Shown here: positions 37,797 through 47,509 of the stretch, in pieces
Layout of the letters: every line of letters begins with the position of its first letter
Position numbering within the stretch: the first letter of the stretch is position 1
Source: Calditrichota bacterium
Lineage (GTDB): Bacteria; Electryoneota; RPQS01
Assembly: GCA_020637395.1 (NCBI GenBank)
Contig: JACJWA010000003.1
Span: forward strand, 10,380 to 74,379
Reading direction: 5' to 3'
DNA length: 64,000 bases
Notes under the pieces: model-generated
The model's database searches: none
What the model was told of the DNA's origin: nothing
What the model saw: only the letters and a program-made list of their open reading frames with translations
Position numbers and translations under genes: made by a program

Positions 37797-40700
37797 TTCT
37801 ATCTAACGCAAGTCCGATGTGATCCAAGAGCTGCTCCAAGGACATGGGCTTGGACGCTATGCTTGTCACTTTGGCACAGGAACATGCGTTTGCATCAATG
37901 TTAGATGTGTTCCCCGACATGATTATGAAGGCGTTGTCATATCCCGCTTCACGCACTTTTCCGCAGAGCTGCAATCCCGAGATCTTCGGCATCATGTAGT
38001 CCGCCATGATCAAGTCGTACGACTTCACTCCCTGGGTAACTAACTCCAGAGCCTCCTCGGCCGAGTTCACAGCATCCACGAGGAACCCCGCACGCTTCAG
38101 ATAGGTGGCGTACGCCCCGCTGACCGCCAAGCCATCATCCACCAACAGAAGTTGTGCATTGCTGTGGAGATTGGCTGCTCCTTCCATCGAACTCACCTGG
38201 AGCGCGCATGCCTCTTCCGCCAACGGAAGATATATCGTAAAGACACTTCCGCTGCCGGGAACGGACTCCACGGTGATGTGCCCGTAATGCGACTTCACGA
38301 TCCCCATCACGACCGAAAGCCCCAGACCCGTCCCCTGCCCAACCTCTTTGGTCGTATAAAACGGCTCGAACAATCTGGCCATGCCTTCCGGAGTTATTCC
38401 GCAGCCGTTGTCGGTCACGGACAGCGTCAAAAAGCCCCCTTCAAACTCTTTGCCGCAAGCAGCGCACACTTTTCCGGTGATCTCCTCCGACGTCAAGGTA
38501 ATCGAGATTTGAGGTGACCGTGTGTTCTCCGTGGCATGAACCGCGTTCACCACCAAGTTCAACAGCGCCTGCTGTATCTCCACGGGACTGGCTTTCACCA
38601 AACTTGACCCTGCTCTAAGGTTCATTCTCAGATCAATCGTCTTGGGAATCGTGGATTCCAAGAACTCGAGCGACTCCGCGACGACGTTTTCGACTTGAGT
38701 CACTTCCTGCTCGGCGGATTCGTGCCGGCTGAAGGTCAGGATTCTCTTGACCAGATCGCGCGCACGCCGCGCCGCGTTTCGAATCTGCTCCAGGCCGGGC
38801 CGCGCCTGTTCGTCTTTCTGATAGTCCTCAAGCAGAATCTCGGAGTACATCGTAATCGGCACGAGAATGTTGTTCATGTCGTGCGCGATCCCGCCCGCCA
38901 AAGTTCCGATCGTCTCCATTTTCTGCGACTGACGAAGCTGACCCTCCAACCGTTTCCTGTCCAACTCACCTTGCTTCAATCTTGATATGTCAATTACAGA
39001 CACGGTGAAGAACCGCGGCTTTCCATACTCGTCAGGAATCATAGCGCCGCTGATCAATAGAGGCAGCGCTTCGCCGTCCGACCGCCGTGCATCTACTTCC
39101 TCGGCCAAAACACTTTCACCGGACAATAGTTTGCCCAGAATTCTCTCGAGCGTTTCGATCTCAAACAACTCGGTCAGACTGGTGAAGTGCCGCCCTTCAA
39201 GATCGGAAGCGCTCAGCCTGAACGTGTCCGCCAACGCCTGATTGACATACGCGACTCTTCCATCCGGTGTCGCAATGGCCGCTCCATGTGAGGCCATGTC
39301 CGTGATCGTCTTGAACACCCGAAGCTCGTTCTCTGTCTTCTTCCGATCCGTGATGTCCTGGTTCGTACCATAGGTTCGTATCGGGCGCCCGTCCTTATCC
39401 ATGTCCACTTCAAATCGCACTGCTACGTAAGCCTCCGTACCATCCGCGAAAATCGCCCGGTGCTCCAGACGTCTGAAGTAATTAGGATCTTTGGTTTCGA
39501 TTGCTCCTTTTGCCTCGCGCTCCACGACCGACATGTCATCGGGGTGCACGAACTTCTCGGCATACTTCTGCGCGGACATGACATAGCCGCCCATCTCTTC
39601 GGCACTCGTCCGGTACAGCGCGTAAAACTCATCGCTGAACGTAAAATCTCCCGTCAGCAAGTCCATCTTCCAGTGGCCGGACTTGGACATCTTCATGGCA
39701 TTCAGAAGTTGCGCTTCACTGGACTTTTGCGCCGCTTCCGCCTCTTTCTGCTGAGTGATGTCATCATAGACTCCCAACACTCCCCAAGCGACGCCCTCTG
39801 CTGACTTCAACGGCACTTTGCTCGTCTGGAGCCAGATCGTTGAACCGGATGGCGTCGTTTGCGGTTCGACAATGTTCAATTTGGATTCGCCTGATTGGAT
39901 CACACGCAAGTCGTCTTCGCGATACAGGTCTGCCTGATCCTTCCACCCCATTTCGTAGTCCGACTTGCCCAGCAAGTCCTTCGGCAACTCCCGCCCCGCA
40001 TCCAACGCAAACCTGCTGTTGCAGCCTAAATACGTCAAGTCCGCGCTCTTCCAGAAAACCCGCGACGGAATGGATTCAATAATCTGAAGCAGAACATTGC
40101 GAGAGTTCTCTATCTCGCGCGACTTTTCTCGCAGGCTTAGTTCCGTGCGCTTCAGTGCAGTCACGTCTCGGTCCGTCCCCCGATAGCCCAGCAGATTCCC
40201 ATGCTCATCGAAGAACGGCCGCGCGTTCGTCACAACAGTGACTTCAGTGCCGAGTTCGTGCAAGTTCCGATTCTCGAGATCCCTGATCGGAAGTCTCTCC
40301 GCGAGGATGTGCTGAAAGATTTCCGCAATTCTGTCCGCTTCATCCGGCGGCATGAACTCGAACGGAGTCTTGCCGATGACCTCTTCCGCTGAGTATCCAA
40401 GCACATCCGCCACACGCTCCGAACAGTACGTATACACCCCATGGTGGTCCACTTCCCAAAACCAGTCTCCGCTGGATTCCGCAATATCTTTGAAGCGCCG
40501 CTCGGACGCCGCGAGATCCACGAGCGCTCTCTGCCTGTCCGCAGCCTCGAGTTCCAGTTCTTCGGAGTATTTGCGGTAGCGTTCGATCAGCGGTCGTGTG
40601 ATTCGTGAAATCAGCAGCGCGCCGCCAAGCACCACGATCAAAGAGAGAAAAGTCGCGTACAGCGCCGCTCTGTAGAATGGCGCCATGACTTCCGACATGT

Positions 40701-41229
40701 CTATCTTCTCGACCACTCCCAATCCCAACGAAGGAAGCCCCTTGTAGGCCGCGAGGACCTCAACTCCGTGGCAATCTATTCCCTGCAAGACTCCGCTCTC
40801 GCCCTGAAGTGCCCGCTTCATCGGTTCTGCACGGTCGGCACTCCACGGAACGTAGTGAGTTGCCGTGTCGTTCAGGCTTGCGGATCTTAATAGCAGAAGG
40901 GCGATAGAGTCCCCTTCGAGCCGGGCCAGGTGCAACTCGCGGCTGCCTTCGGCATGAATCGCTGCGCCAGACTCTGAACTCAGTTGCTTCAAGGCGCGAA
41001 GAAACGAGTCGCGAAGACGTTCCCTGTCTTCGCGATCGGAACTCTCAGACTCATACTTGCCCACGGCACCCAGCAAATGCGCCTGCGTCTCGACTGAAAA
41101 CATCAGACTGTTGCTGAAATCCCTGACGTGCATCTCGTAGAGCACGTGGATTGAAAAGGCGGCAACAAATGCGCACGCCAGACTCAGAGTCAGAATGATC
41201 TGAATTTTGCTTCTGCCTGTGTCGTTCAT
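37774..41229 (-). CDS. hybrid sensor histidine kinase (periplasmic sensor domain, multiple PAS, HisKA/HATPase, C-terminal receiver)
   Basis: 1151 aa. Two TM flank a ~170-aa extracytoplasmic domain; PAS-like repeats; H-box IAHDMNNIL; DNGCGI and GTGLGLSVV ATPase boxes; receiver LLVDDG...DLIMADYMMP. Confidence 0.9.
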   Translation of the reverse strand: MNDTGRSKIQIILTLSLACAFVAAFSIHVLYEMHVRDFSNSLMFSVETQAHLLGAVGKYESESSDREDRERLRDSFLRALKQLSSESGAAIHAEGSRELHLARLEGDSIALLLLRSASLNDTATHYVPWSADRAEPMKRALQGESGVLQGIDCHGVEVLAAYKGLPSLGLGVVEKIDMSEVMAPFYRAALYATFLSLIVVLGGALLISRITRPLIERYRKYSEELELEAADRQRALVDLAASERRFKDIAESSGDWFWEVDHHGVYTYCSERVADVLGYSAEEVIGKTPFEFMPPDEADRIAEIFQHILAERLPIRDLENRNLHELGTEVTVVTNARPFFDEHGNLLGYRGTDRDVTALKRTELSLREKSREIENSRNVLLQIIESIPSRVFWKSADLTYLGCNSRFALDAGRELPKDLLGKSDYEMGWKDQADLYREDDLRVIQSGESKLNIVEPQTTPSGSTIWLQTSKVPLKSAEGVAWGVLGVYDDITQQKEAEAAQKSSEAQLLNAMKMSKSGHWKMDLLTGDFTFSDEFYALYRTSAEEMGGYVMSAQKYAEKFVHPDDMSVVEREAKGAIETKDPNYFRRLEHRAIFADGTEAYVAVRFEVDMDKDGRPIRTYGTNQDITDRKKTENELRVFKTITDMASHGAAIATPDGRVAYVNQALADTFRLSASDLEGRHFTSLTELFEIETLERILGKLLSGESVLAEEVDARRSDGEALPLLISGAMIPDEYGKPRFFTVSVIDISRLKQGELDRKRLEGQLRQSQKMETIGTLAGGIAHDMNNILVPITMYSEILLEDYQKDEQARPGLEQIRNAARRARDLVKRILTFSRHESAEQEVTQVENVVAESLEFLESTIPKTIDLRMNLRAGSSLVKASPVEIQQALLNLVVNAVHATENTRSPQISITLTSEEITGKVCAACGKEFEGGFLTLSVTDNGCGITPEGMARLFEPFYTTKEVGQGTGLGLSVVMGIVKSHYGHITVESVPGSGSVFTIYLPLAEEACALQVSSMEGAANLHSNAQLLLVDDGLAVSGAYATYLKRAGFLVDAVNSAEEALELVTQGVKSYDLIMADYMMPKISGLQLCGKVREAGYDNAFIIMSGNTSNIDANACSCAKVTSIASKPMSLEQLLDHIGLALDRNENNVRK

Positions 41230-41851
41230 TGCGCAGTTATGCTCACGTTTCGGTGCGATTGGTTTGATCTAACAGCGATCGTCGCCTCCCATCTGTGACC
41301 CATGGGTGCAAGTTTGGAACCAGAAAACTGTGCCGACCAGTCTCTATGATTCGCGACACGAATCGTCTTTCGAGATCATCATCGAGAGTCCGTCCCAGAT
41401 TTAACGTGCAAGGACATGCGCACCATTATTCCACTTTTGCGATGCAATTCGGGTCAGGGAAACTCTATCGTGCTGAGCTAACTATGAACTTGCCTGCTCT
41501 CGCAATTCCCTGCAGCAGAATTGTGCGCGACACACTGATGAAGCCCGATGCCCTGCGCCTGTCGCGAACGACTGCGAAAGTTCTTTCGCACACAGGACTT
41601 GACAGTTTCACATGGGAGTTGGTTGAGATCGGCCTCCTTGCTGGTTCAGATCAGGCAGGTTTTGCTCCGTGGCAGTCTACTTTGCCCAGTTTTGCGCATA
41701 TAATTTGAGCCTGCTTGACGCCGGTTCAATCCGACCGCCCACAGCATGATCAGCTGACTGGGACGGCCCGCCTTTCCCCAAGGCAGAGGCAGGTCAGATT
41801 GCTTTCTCGACACGTAAATGATAAGAGCCGTTTTAACAGGTATTTAACAGA

Positions 41852-41880
41852 TTGACGATCACGAAGATTTTTGCTACTTT
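41852..41880 (+). promoter_or_regulatory. candidate sigma70-type promoter of pruA
   Basis: TTGACG, 17 nt, TACTTT. Immediately preceded by tandem TTTAACAG-N3-TTTAACAG (41832-41850). A GTCCGG-N5-CCGGAC hairpin lies in the leader. Confidence 0.35.
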
Positions 41881-41961
41881 ATGGGTCCTGTCCGGCTCGA
41901 CCGGACTCGCCGCCCACCCAGCAAAATTTGATTCCTCAGAGAGAAAAGAGGTCCTCCGAAT

Positions 41962-43509
41962 ATGCTCGTCCCGTTCAAGAATGAACCCTTTACAAATTTC
42001 AATGATCCGGCGAATAAGGCCGCCTTTGAAGCTGCTCTGAAACTGGTTGAAAGCCGTTTCGGCGAGAAGATTCCGCTGATTGTCAATGGCGAAAAAATCT
42101 TCACCGACGACACCATCAAATCCACCAATCCCGCGCAGCCGGATCAGGTGCTGGCTTATGTGTCCAAAGGCACCAAAGAGCTTGCGCTAAAGGCCATCGA
42201 AGGCGCGCACAAGACCTTCCAAACCTGGAAGAACTTTGACCCTGATGCCCGCGCGCGGATTCTGTTGCGTGCCGCCGCCATCCTGCGCCGCCGCAAACAC
42301 GAATTCAGCGCAACGATGGTTCTGGAAATCGGCAAGAACTGGATGGAAGCAGACGGCGACACGGCCGAAGCGATTGACTTTCTCGAGTTTTATGGCCGCG
42401 AAATGATGCGCCTGAACGAGCGTCAGCCGGTGCTGGATTATAACGGCGAAGAGAACAATCTCTACTACATTCCGCTGGGCGTCGGCGCGGTGATTCCGCC
42501 TTGGAATTTCCCCGGTGCGATTATGGCCGGTATGACCTCCGCGTCGCTCGTGACTGGCAACACGGTGGTCTTGAAGCCCGCGTCTATCACTCCTGTGATT
42601 GCCTACCGTTTCATGGAAATTCTGGAAGAAGCCGGATTGCCTGCGGGAATCGTGAACTATCTGCCAGGGCCGGGCGGCGCGATTGGTGATACGATGGTGG
42701 ATCACAAGCTCACGCGCTTCATCGCGTTCACGGGTTCCATGGAAGTCGGTCAGAGAATTTTCCAGCGCGCCTCGGTGGTGCATCCGGGACAACTTTGGCT
42801 CAAGCGCACGGTGCTTGAGATGGGCGGCAAGGATGCGATTCTGGTGGACGACGACGCCGATCTCGAGTTTGCGGCTGAGCAGATTGTCACTGCGGCCTTT
42901 GGTTTCCAGGGGCAGAAGTGCAGCGCCTGCTCACGTTTGATTATTCACGAAAAAGTGTACGACAAATTGCTCGAGATGGTCGTTACGCGCGCAAAGCAAA
43001 TCAAGTGCGGTCCGACGAAAGATCTTGCCAACTGGCACGGCCCGGTCAGCGAAGAGGGTGCGTACAACAAGATTCTCGAATACATCGAAATCGGCAAGCA
43101 GGAAGGCCGGCTTGTGTTAGGCGGCGGCAAGGCGGGGTCACCGGGCTATTTCATTGAGCCGACCATCATCGCGGACGTGGCTCCCACCGCGCGCATCATG
43201 CAGGAAGAAATCTTCGGCCCGGTGCTCGCCGTGTGCAAGGTGAAGTCGTTCGAAGAGGGACTCGATGTCTTCAACAACACGCAGTTCGGTTTGACCGGCG
43301 GCTATTTTGGCAAGCGCCGCGAGCATCTTGAAAAAGTGCGCGTGCATGCGCATTGCGGAAATCTCTATCTCAATCGCAAGTGCACGGGTGCGCTCGTCGC
43401 CGTGCAGCCGTTCGGCGGCTTCAATCAGAGCGGCACGGACAGCAAGGCCGGTGGCCGCGACTATTTGCAGCTCTTCCTGCAAGGAAAGAGCGTGACAGAG
43501 AGATTCTAA
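41962..43509 (+). CDS. pruA: L-glutamate gamma-semialdehyde (1-pyrroline-5-carboxylate) dehydrogenase
   Basis: 515 aa. PFKNEPFTNF N-terminus typical of RocA/PruA; aldehyde dehydrogenase motifs LEMGGKDA and FGFQGQKCSACSR. Confidence 0.9.
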   Translation: MLVPFKNEPFTNFNDPANKAAFEAALKLVESRFGEKIPLIVNGEKIFTDDTIKSTNPAQPDQVLAYVSKGTKELALKAIEGAHKTFQTWKNFDPDARARILLRAAAILRRRKHEFSATMVLEIGKNWMEADGDTAEAIDFLEFYGREMMRLNERQPVLDYNGEENNLYYIPLGVGAVIPPWNFPGAIMAGMTSASLVTGNTVVLKPASITPVIAYRFMEILEEAGLPAGIVNYLPGPGGAIGDTMVDHKLTRFIAFTGSMEVGQRIFQRASVVHPGQLWLKRTVLEMGGKDAILVDDDADLEFAAEQIVTAAFGFQGQKCSACSRLIIHEKVYDKLLEMVVTRAKQIKCGPTKDLANWHGPVSEEGAYNKILEYIEIGKQEGRLVLGGGKAGSPGYFIEPTIIADVAPTARIMQEEIFGPVLAVCKVKSFEEGLDVFNNTQFGLTGGYFGKRREHLEKVRVHAHCGNLYLNRKCTGALVAVQPFGGFNQSGTDSKAGGRDYLQLFLQGKSVTERF

Positions 43510-43530
43510 GCGAGTTCTCGTCCTAAATGC

Positions 43531-43560
43531 AAGAAGCCCCGCCAATCGGCGGGGCTTCTT
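43531..43560. terminator. bidirectional rho-independent terminator
   Basis: AAGAAGCCCCGCC-AATC-GGCGGGGCTTCTT, a 13-bp perfect stem between convergent genes. Confidence 0.85.
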
Positions 43561-43572
43561 GTTGAGCTTCAA

Positions 43573-44073
43573 TCACTCGTGTTCTATCTGCTTCAGCTTC
43601 TCCGGCTTGTCTTGCCGGGGAATACACTTCTCTTTCACGACCGTCCAGTCCGTCACATCAAACTCCGCAGTTTCAGATTTCAGCACAAACACATTGCTGA
43701 CAATCTGCCGGTCCGGAAGACAGACCCGCAAGTAGTAGCGCGGCGGATCTGTGATGTATCCTACCGTCGTGAACAGCGGGTCGGACAAAAATTGTCCGGG
43801 CTTCCCGCCGATGTCCGCACTGTTGATCGAAAACGAACTCCAATTGGCCATGCCGCCCTTATCACCGACTGGAGGCAACGGGTCTTCCGCATCCGGGCCA
43901 TCCGAATCCACATCCCAGTAGATGAAAATGTCCGTCCCGTCCGGAAGCGGCGTGCCCTTGTTCAGACCCTCGTCCGTCAATACTCCCGACTCGAGGTAGA
44001 ACCCTGCCAAAGGCGGCAGCCCTTGGGCAAATCCAATCATTGACGTCAACAACATCGCGATAAGCAGTCTCAC
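43573..44073 (-). CDS. hypothetical secreted protein
   Basis: 166 aa, signal peptide MRLLIAMLLTSMIGFAQG. No recognisable domain. Confidence 0.6.
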   Translation of the reverse strand: MRLLIAMLLTSMIGFAQGLPPLAGFYLESGVLTDEGLNKGTPLPDGTDIFIYWDVDSDGPDAEDPLPPVGDKGGMANWSSFSINSADIGGKPGQFLSDPLFTTVGYITDPPRYYLRVCLPDRQIVSNVFVLKSETAEFDVTDWTVVKEKCIPRQDKPEKLKQIEHE

Positions 44074-44449
44074 GCTACACTCCTTGGTTCATATCTGCAG
44101 GTTAACTCAATATACGAATCCGCCGCCCATTCCTCAAACTCGCGGTTGGGAAAAATTGTTCGCACGAGAGGCACCTCCGCCCCAGTGTCGTTGACTGGAA
44201 ACCCGCACCAGTGTCCACGCAGTCAGGTATCTATTAATTATTCTCTTACGCATTCACTGTTCGGATCAAGCAGCATCATATGAGATTCGGAATCTAACTT
44301 GAAATGCGTGATTTTCCCTCGTGTTGTGCTTATATTCTAAAGCTAAACTGGCAATTTGTCTTGCCATAAGATTTTATGTAACAAGCACCTAAGTCGAAGG
44401 GGACTCGGACACCTACTCCGTCCCCGTCAAATCACCTCATGAGGAGAGC

Positions 44450-47428
44450 ATGAACATGATGAAAAACAGATGGTTGTGGACTGGTATCTTCGTCTGCGCC
44501 TGTATCGCTGCGGCAGTGGCCGTGCGTCCAAGCGTGAACAAGGCTACCGCAGTGGACATCGAAAAGACCCCCGGTCTCACGGTGCCCGTTCTGAATGAAA
44601 CTGCTTCACCGGCCGCGACGCTGCACAAGTCGAGCACCGGCACGAGCACGAAGACCTTTGAGCGCCGTGCCCTGACGCCGCTGGATGAGGCACTCATGTC
44701 GCCCGCCATTCGCACCGCTTCCGAAGCGGAGAAGCTTGCCTCCATGGAGGCTCGTGCTTCTGATTCCCGCCGCCCGCATACTCCGTCCCTCGATCAGGGC
44801 TCGGATAACTGCACTGGCGTGCCCGACTTGGGCTCTGCTCTGGGCGTGGCCGTGGCGACTGGCACGACCGTCGGCGCGACCAACGACCTGGATACCACCG
44901 GTTTCGTGAACTTCGCGTGCTGGCAAGGTGACTTCTTCACGCAGTCCACGCTCGGACCTGACGTCTACTACAAGTGGACGGCTCCGGCCACCGGCGACTA
45001 TACCTTCTCACTCTGCGAAGGCAGCGCCAGCGGCAACCAGTACGACACCGGAATCACCCTCTGGAACTTCACCTGCCCGACCGAACCCGCACCGACCGAT
45101 CTGATCTGTGGTAACGACGACGGCGGCGTGTGTGTCAATAACTTCGGCTCCGAGCTGACTTGCATTCCGTTGACCTCCGGCCAGCAGATCCTGATCGTGA
45201 TTGACGGCTATGGCACCGACTCCGGTCCCTATAGCCTCGACATCACCGCGTGCTCGGCGTGCGAACTCGTTTGCCCGGCCAACGGCACGCCCGAAGGCGA
45301 ACCGCTTTGCGGACCGAACTACGACGACGTCTATAACGGCGGCTGCAACAGCTCGCCCACCGCGTTTCAGACTGTTTTTTGCGGCGACACGATTTGCGCC
45401 ACCTCTGGTACCTTCCTGTTTGACACATCCGGCTTCCGTGACACCGATTGGTTCCAAATATTGTTGCCGGACACCATGCGCCTGACGTGGTACATGGTTT
45501 CGGAATTCCCGCTCGTGAGTTATCTCCTCTTGCCTGGCCCTGCCGGATTCCTGTGTGATAGCTTCAGCGTTGGCGGCGGACCGTTCAATGTTGCGGCGTG
45601 CGAAACTCTCTCCGTCTCCGGCTGCCTCGAACCGGGTGTATACTGGCTCTTCTTTGCTCCGCAGCCTGGCTTTGACGTGGAGTGCGGCGCGGACTATCAG
45701 ACCTGGTACACCTGCGAGCCTTGCGTGATTGACACGACCTGCGAAGTCGCGGGAACCGTTACGGTGGACTGCGAACTCGGTACGTCTTTCAGCGGCAGCA
45801 CCGTCGGTGCGACCAATGACTGCTGGATCGTCGGCGCGCCGAACCAGTCCGACTCTCTGAGCCCGGATCAGATCTGGGAAATCATCATTCCGACCGACGG
45901 CCTCTATTCCTTCTCGATGTGCACGACGTCGCCCGTGTGGGATTCCTACATCTTCCTGACCACGGAATGCTGCGGCGGAACGATTGTTGAGCAGGACGAC
46001 GACGGATGCGGCGCCGTGGGTGAAACCTCGGCTATCCCGTGTACGCAGCTTACGGCCGGTACCTACTACCTTGTCGTCGAAGGCTGGGAAGAGACCGCCG
46101 TGGGCGACTACACAGTCGAAGTGATCTGCTGCCCGCCGTGTATCGTCACGTGCGTGGACAACGAAGCCGAAGTCGAATGCACCGACTTCTTTGACGGTAC
46201 TAATGACGGTTGCAACATGGACGTCCCGTCGTTTGAGCCGGTTTCCTGCGGCCAGACCAAGTGCGGCACCTCCGGTACCTACGTCATCAACGACACGACC
46301 AATGGCCGTGACCTCGATTGGTACGTCATCACCGTGAACGACACGACCCGCATCACCGTCACCGCAACCGCGGAATTCGGTAACAACATCTGGATTCTGT
46401 CGTCCAACTGCGCGGCGCCGATCACGCTCGGCTTCAGCAATGCCGATCCGTGCTCCGTCAACACGACCAATGCCTGTGTCGAAGCTGGTACCTATTACAT
46501 CGTGATTGGTCCGGACGCCTTCGAAGGCTATGCTTGCGGTTCGCGCTATCAGTTCTCGGTGGCGTGCGAAGCTTGCGAAATCCTCGAAGCCGCTCCGCGT
46601 GAGTGCCTCGATGAGTACAATCTCGACGGCATCGCCATGGACCAGGTCGGTATCTACGGCACGGTCGGCGTAATCTCGGACATCAACACCAACGGTTTGG
46701 GCACCTACCGCAAGTGGGAACGCTTCACCGTGACCGATTCGATCTGCAAGGTCGAGTGGTGGTCCATTCACTTGGGCTTCAGCGGCGGCTTCATTCCGTG
46801 CGACAACGAAGACCCGATGGGCTTCCGTGTGCGTATCTACCCGGACAGCGCCGGACGTCCGAGCTCGGTGGCGACCTGCGACTATACCACGTCGCTCTTC
46901 CGCACCGCGACCGGCTTCCAGTGGAACATCACGGGCGTCGGATTGACCAACGTGTACTACTACTCGTTTGATCTGCCGACTTGTTGCTTCCTGGCCAACG
47001 GCTGGATTTCGATTGAGAGCAACTCGATTGCGACTCCGAACTGTCTCCACTACTGGAACGTGGGTGACGGCACGGACAACAACCAGCACTGGGCGCAGAC
47101 CAACACCAATCCACTGGCCTCGGGTGCGCAGGACCTTGCCTTCTGCTTGGCCACCAACCCGCCGCCGTGCAATCCGGTCACGGACCTGACCATCTACCTT
47201 GCGCCAGGCAACGGAGGAGCCAAGCTCTTCTTCAATGCCCCGCAAGACGCCGTGTACAAGATCTACAGCACCACCAATCCGAATGCCGACGGCGATCCGG
47301 ATGGCGGCTCTGATGCGGACTACACGGTCGAAGCGACGGTCTTCTTTGCGGCTGGTGCTCATGAGTGGACTGCTCCGGTCGGCTTCGCGAACTACAAGAC
47401 CTTTGTAGTCACGGCCAACTGTAACTAA
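44450..47428 (+). CDS. secreted Cys-rich modular protein (A-B-A-B array of PPC-like beta-sandwich modules + C-terminal region)
   Basis: 992 aa, signal peptide. Internally repeated modules (VGATND...Y.FS(L/M)C...G.YY(L/I)V(V/I)...GDY...C). No T9SS C-terminal domain recognised. Confidence 0.8.
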   Translation: MNMMKNRWLWTGIFVCACIAAAVAVRPSVNKATAVDIEKTPGLTVPVLNETASPAATLHKSSTGTSTKTFERRALTPLDEALMSPAIRTASEAEKLASMEARASDSRRPHTPSLDQGSDNCTGVPDLGSALGVAVATGTTVGATNDLDTTGFVNFACWQGDFFTQSTLGPDVYYKWTAPATGDYTFSLCEGSASGNQYDTGITLWNFTCPTEPAPTDLICGNDDGGVCVNNFGSELTCIPLTSGQQILIVIDGYGTDSGPYSLDITACSACELVCPANGTPEGEPLCGPNYDDVYNGGCNSSPTAFQTVFCGDTICATSGTFLFDTSGFRDTDWFQILLPDTMRLTWYMVSEFPLVSYLLLPGPAGFLCDSFSVGGGPFNVAACETLSVSGCLEPGVYWLFFAPQPGFDVECGADYQTWYTCEPCVIDTTCEVAGTVTVDCELGTSFSGSTVGATNDCWIVGAPNQSDSLSPDQIWEIIIPTDGLYSFSMCTTSPVWDSYIFLTTECCGGTIVEQDDDGCGAVGETSAIPCTQLTAGTYYLVVEGWEETAVGDYTVEVICCPPCIVTCVDNEAEVECTDFFDGTNDGCNMDVPSFEPVSCGQTKCGTSGTYVINDTTNGRDLDWYVITVNDTTRITVTATAEFGNNIWILSSNCAAPITLGFSNADPCSVNTTNACVEAGTYYIVIGPDAFEGYACGSRYQFSVACEACEILEAAPRECLDEYNLDGIAMDQVGIYGTVGVISDINTNGLGTYRKWERFTVTDSICKVEWWSIHLGFSGGFIPCDNEDPMGFRVRIYPDSAGRPSSVATCDYTTSLFRTATGFQWNITGVGLTNVYYYSFDLPTCCFLANGWISIESNSIATPNCLHYWNVGDGTDNNQHWAQTNTNPLASGAQDLAFCLATNPPPCNPVTDLTIYLAPGNGGAKLFFNAPQDAVYKIYSTTNPNADGDPDGGSDADYTVEATVFFAAGAHEWTAPVGFANYKTFVVTANCN

Positions 47429-47452
47429 TCCCTGACTTCAAGTCAGTCGAAA

Positions 47453-47490
47453 AGCGGGGCGCCCATGTGGGCGCCCCGCTTGCTTTGCTT
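47453..47490. terminator. bidirectional rho-independent terminator
   Basis: AGCGGGGCGCCCA-TG-TGGGCGCCCCGCT, GC-rich stem then TGCTTTGCTT, between convergent genes. Confidence 0.8.
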
Positions 47491-47509
47491 GCAAAGTGTT
47501 CTTTGTCCG

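Noticed and set aside
41295-41708. 137-aa ORF upstream of the sensor kinase
   Set aside because: GTG start, Arg/Ser-rich N-terminus, no recognisable domain or RBS. Kept only as a flag in the findings, not as a feature.
42187-42792. 201-aa minus-strand ORF
   Set aside because: Antisense to pruA (aldehyde dehydrogenase motifs are on the plus strand).
45008-47362. 784-aa ORF on the minus strand
   Set aside because: It lies entirely antisense to the Cys-rich secreted-protein gene (44450-47428). It is R/A/G/V-rich low-complexity sequence with no motif, signal or RBS. It is a typical shadow frame of a high-GC3 gene, whereas the plus-strand product has a signal peptide and ordered repeats.
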